From contig NZ_BDCE01000044.1 of NCBI RefSeq assembly GCF_001613345.1, forward strand, positions 97,750 through 121,749: a DNA stretch of 24,000 nt, given 5' to 3'. Shown here one piece after another: positions 23,374-24,000 of the stretch. Below the pieces are notes generated by a model. It had not been told where the DNA came from, ran no database searches, and was given only the letters and a program-made list of their open reading frames with translations. The position numbers and the translations under genes are program-made. This DNA comes from Nocardia uniformis NBRC 13702. GTDB lineage: Bacteria; Actinomycetota; Actinomycetes; Mycobacteriales; Mycobacteriaceae. Every line of letters begins with the position of its first letter. The first letter of the stretch is position 1.

Positions 23374-23462
23374 AGTCATCCCGGCGCTGTCCGGCCGGGA
23401 TCCACACTGGGCGGCGCGGGCCTTCGGGTGTGGATTCCGGCCAAAAGCATGCCGGAATGACG
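23374..23462. repeat. REP/MITE-like nested palindromic element, copy B (inverted relative to copy A)
   Basis: 'AGTCATCCCGGC...GGCCGGGATCCACAC-N20-GTGTGGATTCCGGCCAAAAGCATGCCGGAATGACG'. The right 35 nt and a 17-nt internal block are identical to the reverse complement of 9929-10013. It lies between convergent gene ends. Confidence 0.8.
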
Positions 23463-23528
23463 GGGCTCGCGCCCAGTGCTTTGACCAGCCGCTCAGTGCT
23501 CGAATCTCACCGTGGACGGGGTCGGGAG

Positions 23529-24000
23529 GTCAGCTGACCAGTCCGCGGCCGGTGGTGAGAGGTAGGTCGGTGGCGGTCAGCAGGCCCGGGCGGGCTTCGA
23601 TCACGGCCGAGACGGCGCTCACCAGGCGGGCGGCGGTACCGACCACGCCCGCGAGAGCGTGGTCGCCGTTGCTGTAGAGCTGCAGGTCCAGCTGGTAGTC
23701 CGGGTCGCCCTGGATTTCGACTCGGTAGCAACCCTTTCCGGTCGGCTGCGGCCATTCGGGAGCCAGGTCGGGGTGCAGGCGGGTGACGTGTTCGAGAGTG
23801 AGGACTTCGCGGTCGCCACGAATGCCGTGGACCTGGAAACGCAGGGCGGCGGCGGTGCCGGGAGCGATGGTGTGGTCGCCGATGGTGAGTTTCTCGGTCG
23901 CCGGTAGTCGCTCGAAATGCTGTGTGACGGAGTCGAGTTCGATATCGAGAGCGGCGGCGAGCTGGCGGATTACGCTGCCCCAGGCGAGGGTGAGGATGCC
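23529..24000 (-). CDS. Dihydrodipicolinate-reductase-like / NAD(P)H-dependent amine dehydrogenase family protein, C-terminal part (5' end outside window)
   Basis: The minus-strand frame is open from the window edge to the TGA (23529-23531). It reads '...GKGCYRVEIQGDPDYQLDLQLYSNGDHALAGVVGTAARLVSAVSAVIEARPGLLTATDLPLTTGRGLVS', which resembles the C-terminal domain of DapB-like amine dehydrogenases. It is not in the ORF track because it has no start in the window. Confidence 0.6.

Overview
High-G+C actinobacterial chromosomal segment. It looks Corynebacteriales-like (Nocardia/Rhodococcus/Mycobacterium) because it carries a DesA1-type desaturase, an Ag85-type esterase and a SigF-type sigma factor. 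Left third: a partial MFS exporter; a PRC-barrel/DUF2382 stress gene behind a textbook SigF-type promoter; and a minus-strand operon. The operon holds a single-module C-A-T-TE NRPS, a translationally coupled uncharacterised 232-aa protein and a secreted Ag85-family esterase, and is divergent from a long-form GAPDH. Middle: ligA, desA1, then a decayed IS200/IS605 element (truncated and frameshifted tnpA, apparently intact tnpB), followed by about 1.7 kb of eroded coding sequence with in-frame stops. Right third: an orphan SigF-like sigma factor with a small membrane protein, a lipoprotein, a divergent TetR/MpaB-oxygenase pair, an IclR regulator bracketed by three copies of the perfect palindrome CGAATATTCG, an unknown secreted Cys-paired protein, and a partial DapB-like dehydrogenase. 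Two copies of an ~85-nt nested-palindrome REP/MITE-like element sit at 9929 and 23374 in opposite orientation. I saw no rRNA, tRNA or CRISPR array. All family calls come from motif recognition by eye and codon-position bias; no database search or folding program was run. The printed sequence appears to end at 23999.
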